From NCBI GenBank assembly GCA_028534125.1, contig CM052818.1, forward strand, positions 26,476,001-26,540,000: a stretch of 64,000 bases of DNA. The letters run 5' to 3'. A program made the position numbers and the translations under genes. Under the pieces are notes generated by a model that was not told the origin of the DNA, made no database searches, and was given only the letters and a program-made list of their open reading frames with translations. The first letter of the stretch is position 1. Each line of letters opens with the position of its first letter. Positions 1 through 12,328 of this stretch are shown here, piece by piece. Source of the stretch: Lama glama. Taxonomy: Eukaryota.

Positions 1-745
1 TTACTACTACCTAATATGACCACAGGAGCTGAGGCTGAGCAGGATACTGACAATAACTGCTGCTGTGATTATAAAATCAGTACCTATTTGTTGGTGTCTT
101 TCCAAAGCCATTATTTTTTTGATTAAAGTTTCCAGCTTTAAAGAGAGATGTCTGCTTTCATAACCCAACAATCCAAGGTCGTGTCATGAGAATAAGATAC
201 AAGAGCTGAGTGTGCTCATGCTACCTTTCCGTTCACAGAGCACCATCAATGCTTTGCTTCCTGACATTTATAACAGAAATAGGACCTGTTATAATATAAT
301 TTTCAAAAAGGTAGAATCAAGACTCTCAGGAAAAGGGAAAAATAACACTTACCAAATATTTTGTTTAACTCTTCAATTCATAAGGTAAAGAGTAAGACAT
401 TAGAACTGACCCAAGAAACATTTGAGAAGCTTGGTACATGTATAAAAAACTGGCTGGTGTCTTAAAGGATGATAAAACTTTGGGGCTATCTCTTCCATTA
501 GATAGGAATTGTTTTTGGATCTCCTTTGGAAAAGATCCACCAGTTAACTTTTAACCTCACAGAGATTTTTAAATAGGCAACCAGCTGAAAGTTAAATCCA
601 GCTAAAAAACATTCAGGATTCTCTTTGGGCTACTCTGAGCTTACTAGTCACTTTCTGATAGGTCACTGATGCTGGAACTAGGGACTGACTCAGGGAGGTT
701 ATGAGAGCAAAGTCTTTATTATCTAGTGTTTAAAAAAATAACCAG

Positions 746-1130
746 GAAAAGACAAAACTACAGAGACAGTACAAAGATCAGTGGTTGCCAGGGAATAAAG
801 GCAGGGGAATGAATAGGCAGAGCACAGAGGATATTTAGGGCAGTTAAACTATCTATATGATACTGTAACGATGGACACATGTCATTATACATTTGTCCAA
901 ACCCAAAGAATGTACAACATGAAGAGTGAAATCTAATGTAAACTATGGACTTTTGGTGATAATGATGTGTCAATGTAGGTTCATCAATTGTAACAATCTA
1001 TACCACTCTGGTGGTGGGTGTTGATACTGGAGGAGGCTGTGCATGTCGGGAAACAGTGGGTATGTGGGAAATCTGTCTCTTCCTCTCAATTTTGCTGTGA
1101 ACCTAAAACTTCTCTAAAAAAATTGTCTTA
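746..1130 (+). mobile_element. 5'-truncated L1 3' end (L1MC1/2-like)
   Basis: 3'UTR motifs (gatcagtggttgccaggg; tcattatacatttgtccaaaccc; caattttgctgtgaacctaaaact). Flanked by 12-bp TSD aaaaataaccag at 734-745 and 1131-1142. Confidence 0.85.
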
Positions 1131-1849
1131 AAAAATAACCAGAAATGTTTCTCAATAAACAAGCATACATAACCATCCTAAAAGCTAAGAGGGACGACAG
1201 CCAGTCTCCCTGCTTCCACATAGCCTTCAGACATTCTTAGTTCGCCTTTCTTCACCTTAAATATAACCCAGTGTTTTTTCACTGGAGGAAGAAAGAGAAA
1301 AGCAAACCCAATAAGCAAGTGGGCCAGACAAATTCAAGTCAAGAATCTCTGCCCTAGACCCAAAGAACCAAAGAGCTTAGAAAGGTCTTCAACTATTTGG
1401 ATGCTGTGACTTTTTTTAAATAAACAAGTGTAATTTTGAGTGTAGCTCTGAGGTTGAATGACTTTAGAATCCCACAGGAATAGTTATCATTAAATAAAGA
1501 GGGTATCGACTTTTTAAAGAGATGTGGAGCATCCAAGTCATTTCCATTTCCCCCTACCTCCATCCTCTATCTCCACCAGAGCAATTCAAAGCTTAACAAA
1601 GCAAGCAAAACAACAACAAAATCAAGCTTGACATTAAATCATTTCTGATGGGTAAAATTAATGACAGAAGAGTTGAAGTTGCTTACAGAATCAGTGCACA
1701 CTGCATAAGACTTGGCTGTTTTAAGTTATAATGAAATTTTATGAAGTATTTATTTGCTGCTTAGTCCCTGACTAGAAATACAGCCCCAATTATAATGCTG
1801 CATGATTGCCTTGGGTTGCTGGGGGCTCTGCTGGCTCTGGCCCTCACTT

Positions 1850-2065
1850 AGGTGATGGAGTAGACACTGTGAGGGACCTTGCTAGATGCCATAGCAGAAG
1901 AAAAGAAAATGTGGCACGTATACATAAAGCTTCTAGCCAAGAGTGACACATGCCACTTTCCTTCACATTTCACTTAACGAAGCAAGCCATGTGGCCAGGC
2001 CTAATCTCAAGGAGGCAGGAAGCACAATAAGAGGGAATGCTGATAACTAAGCCTAGTGACTACCA
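1850..2065 (-). mobile_element. MaLR LTR fragment (MLT1J/K-like)
   Basis: agtgacacatgccactt...cacatttcac...gcaagccatgtggccaggcctaatctcaaggaggcagg resembles the reverse complement of the MLT1 core. Confidence 0.6.
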
Positions 2066-3044
2066 AAGCTTGTTTTGGAAAGTAAGGTCTCCTGTTTTCA
2101 AACATGTTTTACTATTTTAGCTATGCTGATTTTGCTATTAACCAGTGGCATCATTACGAAGTTAGAGTAAGTATACATTTTGATCCATCAGTGTAAACCT
2201 TAGTTCATCTGACACTTTAACCAAATGCAGATTTTTCCATATGCCCCTCATGTTAAGCAAAATTCCATAGAAATGAATAAGACAAAATCCTGCTCACAAA
2301 ACCCAGGTTGGGTAATTTGGTCTTGTGCCAGAAGACACAGCTTTCATTTTGGAAAGTTCCCAGGTTTTGGGATTGGCTATAATTCCTTTTTCCATAAGGT
2401 CTGAACCTGTCAACCTCCACGACACAGAGGATTCATTTCTCACCCCACCATTCATGTGAGGACTGAATTAACACTGGTGTTTCGAGGAAATTTCATTTAA
2501 GCAAATTTGAGTTAACAGGTGATTCTGTGGTTTTAACTTTATTTCCTTATTATTAATTTTCTGTACCCAGTTTAGAGTTGCTGAATCCAGACTTCAAAGC
2601 ATAAAATTCCCCTGACACGACAGGGTTCAGTATATGTGGAACAAAGGGAGCCACTGCTAAAGACTCTAGGGAGGTCAGAGGCCAGATTCAAGGCTTTGGT
2701 ATAATGTGTGTAGCAAAGTGTTAGCTCAGCGGGAGGCCAGCAAGAAGAGGAGGGCTCAGAGTCCACTCTAGTGACCAAACTGGCAAACAAGCTCCTCTAA
2801 TCACAATGTGCTGAAAGAAGTTCACAACAGGCACTTGTTGCTAAATGATACAAAAAGCAAAATTAAGCTCCCCCAAAAGCAAATTTAATTAAAATTAAAT
2901 CAGAATTAATTAAGCAGAACTAGTCATATAATTCTACAATGTGAACAGATGCAGAAAGCAAAAAATCTACCTATGAACCAGATGAAGTTTAGACAATTTC
3001 ATTGGGGTTTCTGTGTCTTTCAGGCATGTAATTGGTTTCTACCT

Positions 3045-3490
3045 GTGTCAGTCAGGATCCTGGCAGGAAACAAACAGCACATTCCACTGGGAACCTGAAA
3101 GAGATTTTTAGTGGTGGGATTCTTCACAGTGGTGTAGGCAGGATTAAGGAATCCACCATGCATGTTGGGAATCCAATGATGACAGCAGCAGGAAGAGGCA
3201 GGGGAGGAACTAACGTTACCAGAGCTTGTTGAGAGCTGCAGCCACAGGAGGAAGAAGCCCAATGGGAGCCGTGAACATGGAAGAACATGGCCACTGTCAG
3301 AATCGTGCCAAGGCAAAGTGGGGGGTGGCAAGAAGAAATATCCGGACTGGTCTCTTCCTCCAATCTCTGATCTCCTGACACCTCCCCACACTGGACAAAC
3401 CCAACTGCAAACCAGAGGGCAAGAGATGCTGGGTGACAGAGTCCATCGAGAATAGAGCAGAGACAGGAGAAAATGGATTTGGCTGGCTTA
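3045..3490 (-). mobile_element. Old ERVL-class solo LTR (LTR33/LTR41-like)
   Basis: Starts tgtgtcagtcaggatcctggcaggaaac, the reverse of a typical ERVL LTR 3' end. Also ggtgtaggcaggattaagg and aacccaactgcaaaccagagggcaag motifs. Confidence 0.6.
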
Positions 3491-3789
3491 CCACCTTACC
3501 AAATTAAAAGATGCTGTCTGTAACTGTGTACAAATGTTTTCTTTTTTTTCTCTTTTTGGCCAGACTAGTTATGTTCTGTTTACCTTCTCCTGAGCACACA
3601 CTCACTCTCTCTCTCAAGAGACTTCAATTTTTACTTTCATTGTTGAATCCAAAGAGCTCAATAATAAAAGGCAATTTACAAATTAAAATATATACATAAG
3701 AAAGTAGTTCTCTCTGTTATCTGGGGATATTATAAGTTTATGACATGTTTAGTAACTCATCACACATTTAGCCAGGGAGAGATTTTAAT

Positions 3790-4138
3790 TTAATTTTTTA
3801 AAATAGGCTTTACTTTATAGAGCAGTTTTAGACTCACAACAAAACTGAGAGGAAGGTTCAAAGATTTCCCATATACCCTCTGTTTTGCCCTCAGCCAAAG
3901 CCACAGCCACAGCCTCCCCCACCATCAAATCCTTGTACCCAAATGGCATATTTGCTATAATTGATGGACCTACACCTACATACCATTAGCACCTAAAGTC
4001 CATAGTTTACGGTTCACTCTTGGTGTGGAATATTCTGCGGGTTTCAGCAAATGTATAATGACTTGTATCTATCGTTACTGCAACATACTGAGTACTTTCA
4101 CTGCCTTAAAAATCCTCTGTGCTCTGTCTATTCATTCA
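3790..4138 (-). mobile_element. 5'-truncated L1 3' end (L1MC1/2-like)
   Basis: Reverse-complement homologue of 746-1130 (agagcagttttagactcacaacaaaactgag; aaaatcctctgtgctctgtctattcattc). attttaattt on both sides is a possible TSD. Confidence 0.8.
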
Positions 4139-4932
4139 TATTTTAATTTTTAAACATTATGATCAAAAGTATCAAGAGATTATATCCTGAACTTCAAGAA
4201 ATCTCATATGTTCCTGGTTCATAAACAAACAATAATAATACAGTAAATTATTACCTAAAATTATTGGGAAATGAAATAACATAGGAGTATTGCTGTAGAC
4301 ATTATAACTAATCTATCAATTTTCAAAGACTTAAAACATATTTGTAACCAGCCTGTCATACAAACACAGCGATGTATCAAAACACAGCTTTATGTTTAAA
4401 ATGTACTAGGTGTGGGTTACTTTCCCTGGTCCCTGACTTTTCTGGCCACATTAAGTCACAAAACACGAGCTCAATTCACAAATTGAAACTGTCCAGCTCA
4501 AAATATAAATCAATGTCTGAACTCAAGTTAGAGCAGAATCTTCCCTTGCCCATCTGGAACCTGTTTTAAGCAGACCACTTGCAGAGGCCTGAGGGTGTGG
4601 TTCCTGCTCCCTCACTTCCTGTGTTTCTTCTCCTTGCTTGGTAACCAGGTCTCAGCCTTCTGGGGCCGGTATGAGGGATGGAGGAAGGAAAAGAGGTCCA
4701 AAGAACGTGCCTTCCTTGCTGATGGCTTTGCTCTCTCTGGGCCCAGAATGTGTCACAATCCATCATTTCTCTCACGGATGTTTTTAAGGGCTCATTAGAG
4801 GCTCCCCTGCTGGGCTTTCTTGACAAGAGTGATGCTTCTGTTCCTCTGGCCGCTGCTCTCCATTCCGTTCCTACTTGTCTCTACACAGATGCTGGCTGTT
4901 GGAGCCTCCTCCTATCTTTTTGGGCAGGAATT

Positions 4933-5490
4933 TGTATTCGTTCTCTCTTGCTGTGTAACCAATGACCCTAAAACTAAATGGCTTAAAACAACACACATTT
5001 ATTATCTCACTGTATCTGTAGGTCAGGAATCCAGACCTGGCCTAGCCGAGTCCTCTGCCTCAGGGGCCCTCACAAGGCTCGAGCTTCAGTCATCTCAAGA
5101 CTCTGCTGGGAAGGAGCTGCTTCCTCACTCACTTCACATAATTATAACTGAGACTCAGTTCTTCATGAGGTATTGGATGGACAAGGGCCTTGGCTCCCCA
5201 TCGGTTTTGATTGGAGGTTGCCCTCAGTTCTTTGCCACATGGGCTTCTCCAACATGGCAGTTTGCTTCATCAAAGCCTGAAGACTGAGAAGCCAATAGAG
5301 AGTCCCACAAGACAGAAGTCACAGTCTTCTGCAACCCAATCATGGAAGAGACATCCCATCACTTCTGTCATGACCTATTTATTAGAAAGAAGTCACCAAG
5401 CCCAGCCTACATTTAGAGGGAGGCAATTACAGGACAGCACTGATACCAGAAGGCAGGGATCACCGGGAGCTGTTTTTTGAAAGCTATCGC
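4933..5490 (-). mobile_element. MaLR solo LTR (MLT1D/E/F-like)
   Basis: tgtattcg...tggcttaaaacaacacacatttattatctcac...gtaggtcaggaatccag...agaagtcaccaagcccagcctac is classic MLT1 in reverse. Confidence 0.8.
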
Positions 5491-7109
5491 AGACCTAAGA
5501 CAGTTTAAGTTCCTCTCTCTCCGCCTGACCCACTTACGGAAACACTCATGCATCCCTCACCCTGACAAATGCTGGCATTGAGTGACCACCTCTATCCAGC
5601 TTCCACTGGTCTCCTTAGCTTTCCTAGGTCTGAGCCAGGGATTAGTCCATGACCCCTTCAACTGCAGTTCCATTCAAGGAACATCCAGCAACCTTTTCAA
5701 GTGATCCTTTGAAACTCCCCTCTCCTGAGACCTGGGATTAGAAGATAGCCCCTCCACCCTCCCCTTTTCCTGTGAAGAAGACAGGTGGGAACTCTCAAAA
5801 AGCAACAACTCTTTCCCAGGAAAATCTTCTGATAAAAACTTCCCTACCCTATCTCCTCTCTTTCTACCCTTTCGTATTCTCAAGGTGATTTAGGGTGCTC
5901 AAGAGTTTTAGGAATTGGGGAACTGCTTCTTGGGCATTGCTTTTGTAAAGAGATTCCATATGACAATCTCTTTCATGGTCTTTTTGGTGTCTAATGTCTA
6001 TCATAATATTGCCTCAGTTGAAATTGAGGAAGGAAGACATCCACTATAACATCCTCTACATATTTATAGTCTCTCTTTGATGATCCAAAAAGCTCACAGT
6101 AATTTTATAGCACTTACTATTACAATCATTCATTTTTACTATTGTGGAGGAAAAAAGCATAGGCACCCTCTTTATTAATACCATGAATCAGTTTTCACAA
6201 TATAATCAAAGCTGTAAACTGACTGCAAATAATCCATTAAAAATGCACTAATATATCCTTTATGTTTAGTGCATTTATATAATTCTTAATTTATTCTGAG
6301 GTGAGTACTTAATTTTTTTTTCTGATTTCCTCATTAGACAGAATTTATAACAAAATATCCTTACAGAAAAACAAAAGGATAGCTTGGAGTGGCATATACT
6401 CCCCATACAGTGGGGTTTTATCTGAGCCCATCTACAATAATGCCCGTAGTTCACCCCTCAAAAACACCAGTTGGCTTTGTAACTGCCCTTGTTTGTTTCC
6501 CTGAATATTATTTCCACTAATTTAAATTCCCTACTATCAGCAGACTTGGATGTTTACTTTTAGAGTTTTAAGAGCCAGATTCTCATTTTCTGTAACTGCC
6601 GGAAGACATTCCTAGCGGGATGTTACTCTGGTTCATAAAGTGACAATCTATTTTATTTATTATTCCCAAGTGCTTTATCATCAATGTCATGAGATTTGGC
6701 CAGGGCCAAAGAGATTAGGATTCTCTATTTTGCTATAAATAAGAGATTAAAAGGGATGAAATGTTCACTCAATGACTGTAACTTGATGAGTTCGTGGGAT
6801 GAAATAGTCTAAGAAGCAGGTAGAGAGAGGAGAGTGTCTAGTTCAGAACTTAACCTGCTAATGGAGAACTGGAACAAAATATCAAACTGAGAGGTTCTGA
6901 ATGAGAGGTCAGAAAACTAACATGAAAATTCCAAGAGAGATTATCCTTGAAGGTACATTGAAATGAAGGACATTTATCTCTTAAGAGTAAGAGTGCAGCA
7001 GTGAGGAAAGATTATTCCTCTGGGTAAGTACATTTCAGAGGCTACTCAAAATAAGAGGTACTTAATCTCTTCTTCTCTTCTGTGAAAGATTCACAGAACT
7101 TTGTTCCTC

Positions 7110-7340
7110 TCTGAAGTCTTCCCTAGTGACTTAGGTGTTCTCTCCTTCACGACCTCAGCAGAACTATACCTAACAACCCTATAACACTCATCACAATGAA
7201 TGGAAAGGCCTCTCTATGAATCTTTCAATCTCTACTTTAAATAGCTTGAGGTCAGGGACATCATCTTTCCATATACATAACTACTACTTAATGCATAATA
7301 AATATTCAACTAATTTTTGTTGAATAAATGAGTGAATAAT
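7110..7340 (+). mobile_element. L2 3' end fragment
   Basis: gcttgaggtcagggac...aatttttgttgaataaatgagtgaat matches the L2 terminus. Confidence 0.55.
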
Positions 7341-7845
7341 AAATAGAAAATGAGGTAGAGCATAGTCCAAATAGGAAAGATCAATGAGAAAATAGGTGAG
7401 AGAAGAGGGAAGCTTTAGGGAAGTGACTTCAGAGATGGAAAATTCATAGGTCCTTGGTATCTATCCAACAATGACTGCCAGTCTACTTTAGCAATGTTAA
7501 AAATTAACTTCATTCCTGGCTCTCAAAATCTAGACTTCTTAAACAGTTATCTTCCTTTTGCATATATTCAGTTGCCTGGCTCTTAATCTGCACTGTTTCC
7601 CCTCTCACTCTGATCAACACTCAAATATTTTTTTCTCCCTAAAAAGCTGATGTTTGAATCTCTCACCACCAGCACCCCTGACGTTTAGAACTTTGCAACT
7701 GACTTCTCTACCAATTCTTCTATGATTCAAGAGTTCCCTCTGCCCCTTCAAGGGCCTATTCTAAGACAACAGCCACCTAAAGAAGGTAGGGACAGTTCAT
7801 CTTGGATGGGAAAGTCTGTCCTGGATACATTACAGCAAATACTTT

Positions 7846-7867
7846 CACACACACACACACACACACA
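7846..7867. repeat. (CA)11 microsatellite
   Basis: Read directly from the sequence. Confidence 0.95.
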
Positions 7868-8179
7868 AAGAACCATACGTTGTGAAGAACATAGCTGACT
7901 TTTTTAATATCCCATTGGTCACAGAGTATAAGAGGTCTGTGAAGAATGAGGAGAGGAAGGGTGGGAAGAGGAGAGAAACAGAAGAAGAAGAAAAGAAGAT
8001 GGAGGATTTCTGAAAGACAAGGTGGGAGAGAAGGAAGGAAAGGCGAAGGGGTAGAAGAATTGCCTTGTTATGAGAAATAACATGACCCTCTTCTCGAGCA
8101 ACAGCTCACAGAAAAGAGCCTGATTACTCAATTCATTGGCTACTTCTTTGTCAACAGCCTACCTGATTCCCTGCTTCCT

Positions 8180-9010
8180 GAATCTCTCTTTCCTCTGCTT
8201 CTATGACATCTCTAGTCCCAACTTGTCTCCTGATTATCAGTCTTCTTTGTGGAGTCCACAGCCTTAAGCCTGTTCCTCAAAGTTCTCTCCTCCATTAACT
8301 CTTGGCTTCAGCCTCACTGTGGGGTCAGGTTGATGATTTCAAAAACCGTATCGTCAGCCTGCATCTCTGCTCTGTGATTCACGTATCCATCAGCCTTTTG
8401 GAGATCTCGCCTCGAATGTCTCTTAGGCACTTGGAACTCATCACTGAGACCTAGCACTGACCTCATCATTTACACCATCCCCAATCTTGTTTTTCTTGTG
8501 TAATTTATAATGGGGACTGGTATTACCAGCCACCTTGGATCAAATTAGAATCTGGGCTCCTCTCTTCTTCTCCTACACACATTTGCCTAATCAGCTCCTG
8601 ATAATTTCACTGCCTAAATTTCTCTTGAATCCTTCCAACTATTGCCTCCATTCCCTCCATGAGCTCCTGCACTATCTCCTTCTTGATATTGACACACCAG
8701 GTCTGGGCCCCTCCAATCCATTTCCACAAGGCAGCTGTGTTCTTTCTAAAATGCAAATCTGAGTGTGTTCATGTCTCAGTCAAAGCATGTCAATATCTCC
8801 TCAGTGTGCATTGTATAATGTCTAATTTCTCTAATGCAATCTAAAAGGACAATATCATCTGGTTCTTGCTTATCTGCAGCCCTTTATGCTTTTTGTGACC
8901 CAAAACCTCCTTTCCATTGCCCAAATATACCATGTTTTTCTCATGTTCCAGTCCTTGCCATCCTTTGCTAGCACCTGGAAAAGAGAGGTTCTGAGAAAAT
9001 TGCATTGAAT
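8180..9010 (+). mobile_element. Degraded L2 fragment
   Basis: Pyrimidine-rich, with L2 motifs (gaatgtctcttaggcacttggaactca; tttctaaaatgcaaatctga; cctaaatttctcttgaatcc). Confidence 0.6.
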
Positions 9011-9754
9011 AAAAAACGCTTGAATATAAAAATCACCTATAGCTGTTGGTGACTGTGATTTAAAAAAAAACTGTCCTTTTTTTTTTTTTTGCTTTTGTCC
9101 AGGAATACATAAATTAATATTATACAAAGATAAACAGTGTCTTCATAAGTATGGCTTCTATCATTGCAGCAGCAAGAGACTATCTTAATTCTTTTAGCAT
9201 AATTTAATTTTGCCTTTTTTAAAAACTGCACTTATTATACAGAGGGTTTTATGGTCCCTCAAATGTATGCTTGTTGTTCTGTCTGCAAATTGTATTTTCT
9301 AAATGCTTATTCTTCCTGGAACTATTTTCCTATTTGACGCCACTTATTATTTTTCCAGGAATGGCAGCAGGAAGCTTGATTATTTGTTTATAGTAGAGTG
9401 ATCCTGGAGACTCTGAATTTATTTATGTTTCTCCAGATCTCTGTTCCATAATAATGCAGCATTCTGATTTTGACCTAACCTCAGGACTTTTGCCTGTGGT
9501 CCAATAAATGGGTGTGCACACATTGTTTAAATCAGTAAAACATGCTAGTAGTGTCTAACCCTGGCCTCCCAACTAGCTGGTAAATAGCAAAATGCCTGCA
9601 GAAGCTTAGGGCTATCTTATCATAGGAGCTACTTTTCTCTGCTCAAAATGCAATTACTTACTTTGATACATATACCAACTGCCAAGACTGTAGCTTCTTT
9701 TTTCTTATTTTAGGTTTAATTATACAATTTATTGGAGGAGATAATCATCATGGT

Positions 9755-9862
9755 TATATCAGAGCACTTCAAATGGAACTGACTCCGGCTGATTTAAGCA
9801 TAAAAATTTTTTTAAGGATAGCGAGCAGCTTAAGAATTGGCAGGAAGGCTGAAAAACCAAGT
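9755..9862 (-). mobile_element. MaLR/ERVL LTR 3'-end remnant (putative 3' LTR of the element at 9755-11264)
   Basis: gaactgactccggctgatttaagc...aggaaggctgaaaaacca resembles the MLT1-type LTR end at 10727-10850. Confidence 0.45.
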
Positions 9863-9874
9863 AAACTTATAAAA

Positions 9875-10726
9875 TTTCCCCACAGGTGCAATAACCCTCT
9901 TTTTTGATTTACAATTTTTGCACAGAGGAGTTCTAGGTTTTTCATTGGCCCTATAGCTGCTCTTACCATAGGTCAGGGAGCTGATGGGGGAATTCTGCTA
10001 GATGCTAACTACATCTGTTCCAATTATGCCCTAAAGAACTGGATCCTGCCCTGCCCTCCTCTCTGGCCTACTAGGGGGTGGACCTGACTAAAAGTTCTGT
10101 TTATTACATGACAAATAAACCTCTACCCCTTAACCAGGAGGCTACAATGGCATTCTAGGTCCCCAGGATCCATCAGTTGGCCCAGGACCAGAATCTTGGG
10201 GAACCTGACATCCCCACTGAAACCAAGGAGCCATTTCAAATGCAGAGTCCTTCATCTGCATCAACAGCCTCCAGAGAGCAATCATCAAGAGGACTAAGAA
10301 GGAAAGGTCAGAAAATCAAGAGAAAATTCTAGGACATTAGTGTCTTTTCACTGCCTTTAGCTCCAGCCAGGCCACAACAGCTATCTTTGATTTACAATTT
10401 TTGCACAGGGGAGTTCTAGAGGTTTTTCATTGGCCCTTCTTTTTAGAGGTGCTGGGAGTGCCCTCAGCATTTTGGTAAAGGGGATGTCTTGCAGGCTTCC
10501 TCGGGAGCCACAGCTGGCAAGGGGTGGCAGCACAGGTTTCCATAATAAATCCTCTGCAACATTTTAATCTCCTTAGTCTTTGGGTTCTTTTCATTTACAT
10601 TAAGTAATATATTTTCTGTCATCTCAAATACAATTAGTTTGGGTCATCCAACACACATGGGCAGGTAGAAAACCAAATTTATTCTCAGAAGCACTGCTGC
10701 CTACAGACAGTTCTTTTACCAATGTC
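9875..10726 (-). mobile_element. ERVL/MaLR internal remnant (gag - protease - start of RT), heavily decayed
   Basis: The minus-strand ORF at 9769-9969 (VRAAIGPMKNLELLCAKIVNQK) resembles the ERVL pro/RT junction VRAIMVGKAKWKPLELPLPRKIVNQKQ. Upstream, gcataattggaacagatgtagttagc and gatcctggggacctagaatgccattgtag resemble ERVL protease DNA, and gacatcccctttaccaaa resembles ERVL gag. Confidence 0.7.
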
Positions 10727-11264
10727 TGTTCCAGTCAGTGTTCACTGTTCCAAGCAACAGAAACTGACTCTCATTGACTAAAGAAGATTGAGAAGTTGTT
10801 AAAGGGGTATTAAATGGGTCACAGAATTTCCAAGATAGCTAGAAAGGATGACTCACGGGCAACAAAACCTCAGAGGATTCAGGCCATCAAATCAGGCCAC
10901 AAAACTGATGCTGCCACCACTGTCCGACCTTAAGTGCTTGCCCCAGGGACCACCATCAGTGCTCCTGCCTCAGCCACGGCCACTATGAGGACTTCACCAT
11001 ACAACAGCCAGGGCCATCAACAGAAAGGATTCAAGCAGGTCCTTCCTTGAGGCACTAGTTTCCATTTTAAAGTATAGAGCAGTATGTCACACATCTGAGT
11101 CCCAGCTTCAAAGGAGACAAGGGAATAAGTAAGTGCCATATTTAGCTGCTATAATGGGAAAGCAGTTCAATGTTCCATAAGATATCAGAGATAGGATATT
11201 CCCCAAACGTAGGACTCAGGTTTCAGATGCTGGGCAGGCAAAATAAGGACAAATGCCCACTGCA
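10727..11264 (-). mobile_element. Old MaLR LTR (MLT1-type), putative 5' LTR
   Basis: TG...CA ends (tgttccagtcag...cccactgca) and aagcaacagaaactgactct. On the minus strand it is followed directly by gacattggta, like an ERVL/MaLR leader start. Confidence 0.65.
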
Positions 11265-12219
11265 AAGTGTGTCCAGGTTAAAATTTCATCAAAATATTTT
11301 GAGATGGGCACTCCCACAACACTTGTGATTTGGTCTCGCTAATTTCTTTTAACTGGCTCACTGATGAGACACAAGTTGATGCTGTAGCAATTCCATAATT
11401 CATCAGATCAAACATGCCATCAGTCATGAGTCATCAATCATGAATGCCATTATTTTACATACCACTAAAGAAATTCTGCCAAGTAACCTATGACTTGGTA
11501 AAGAATAGTTTTCAAAAGTTTAAAGAACTATACTCTCATGCAAATTTTTTTTAAAAAGCATGTCAAAATTTTTAGTTAACTCATTAATCATTGAGAAAAC
11601 CAGTAAGATGTTAAAACCACTCCAAAGAGAATTTGAGAAGCTAGATATACAGAGGTGATTTAATAGGTTGCTGGGTTAGATTTTAAAAAAACAACAACAA
11701 CTAGTTAATGTTAGACAAGACTATATCCATAATCATTAGGCTTATCTGTTCTGCTGGACAAAAGTTATTTGCATTTCTACTGGACACAAATCTACAAACT
11801 AACCTCTGCCCCTACATAGTTGTAAAATAGCCAAGTAAATAGAAAATCAAACCCAGCACTGTACTGAAAGAACATCTAGTCATCTCTTTTGTCTATTTCC
11901 AAGTTCTGGATAATATTTTTGACAGTCTCAACACTTTCATATCAAAGCTCCTCTTGACTTACTTAGAGTTTTATCATATGTCAGTTTTATACATACATAA
12001 AAAGGAAAATGATACTTAAATAGAGAACCCTATGCATTCACATTCAAAGTCAAACTCTTATAATTCATTTTTCAAATGCAAGTCATCAAAGTTTGTATTT
12101 TTCCACCCATTTTTGTTCCTCATACCTTCAAGAGTATTGGCAGTGCCGCATTTCTTTTGAGCATTTCACTCCTTTTCCTGAAATTTTCCTCCAAGAAGTG
12201 ACACCCATTCTGCAATTTT

Positions 12220-12328
12220 GATTTTCTTTTCCTTTTTTTTTTTTTTGCTATTATGGTAAGAACACTTAGCATGAGACCTATCTTCTTACAAGATTTTTAA
12301 GCATACAATATAGTATTGCTATCTATAT
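12220..12328 (-). mobile_element. Short L1 3' end (L1MA9-like) with poly(A)
   Basis: T-tract followed by ggtaagaacacttagcatgagacctatc...tacaatatagtattgct. 11-bp TSD cattctgcaat at 12206-12216 and 12329-12339. Confidence 0.8.

Noticed and set aside
7..111. Minus-strand 34-aa hydrophobic micro-ORF or possible exon (TDFIITAAVIVSILLSLSSC)
   Set aside because: No polypyrimidine tract or good donor site, too short, and no homology recognised.
4820..5287. 155-aa ORF with a signal-peptide-like N-terminus
   Set aside because: Non-ATG start, and most of it is a translation of the MLT1 LTR (WLKTTHIYYLTVSVGQES).
11270..12060. Segment that looks like a degraded interspersed repeat
   Set aside because: I could not assign a family or boundaries from sequence alone. 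It needs a Dfam search.
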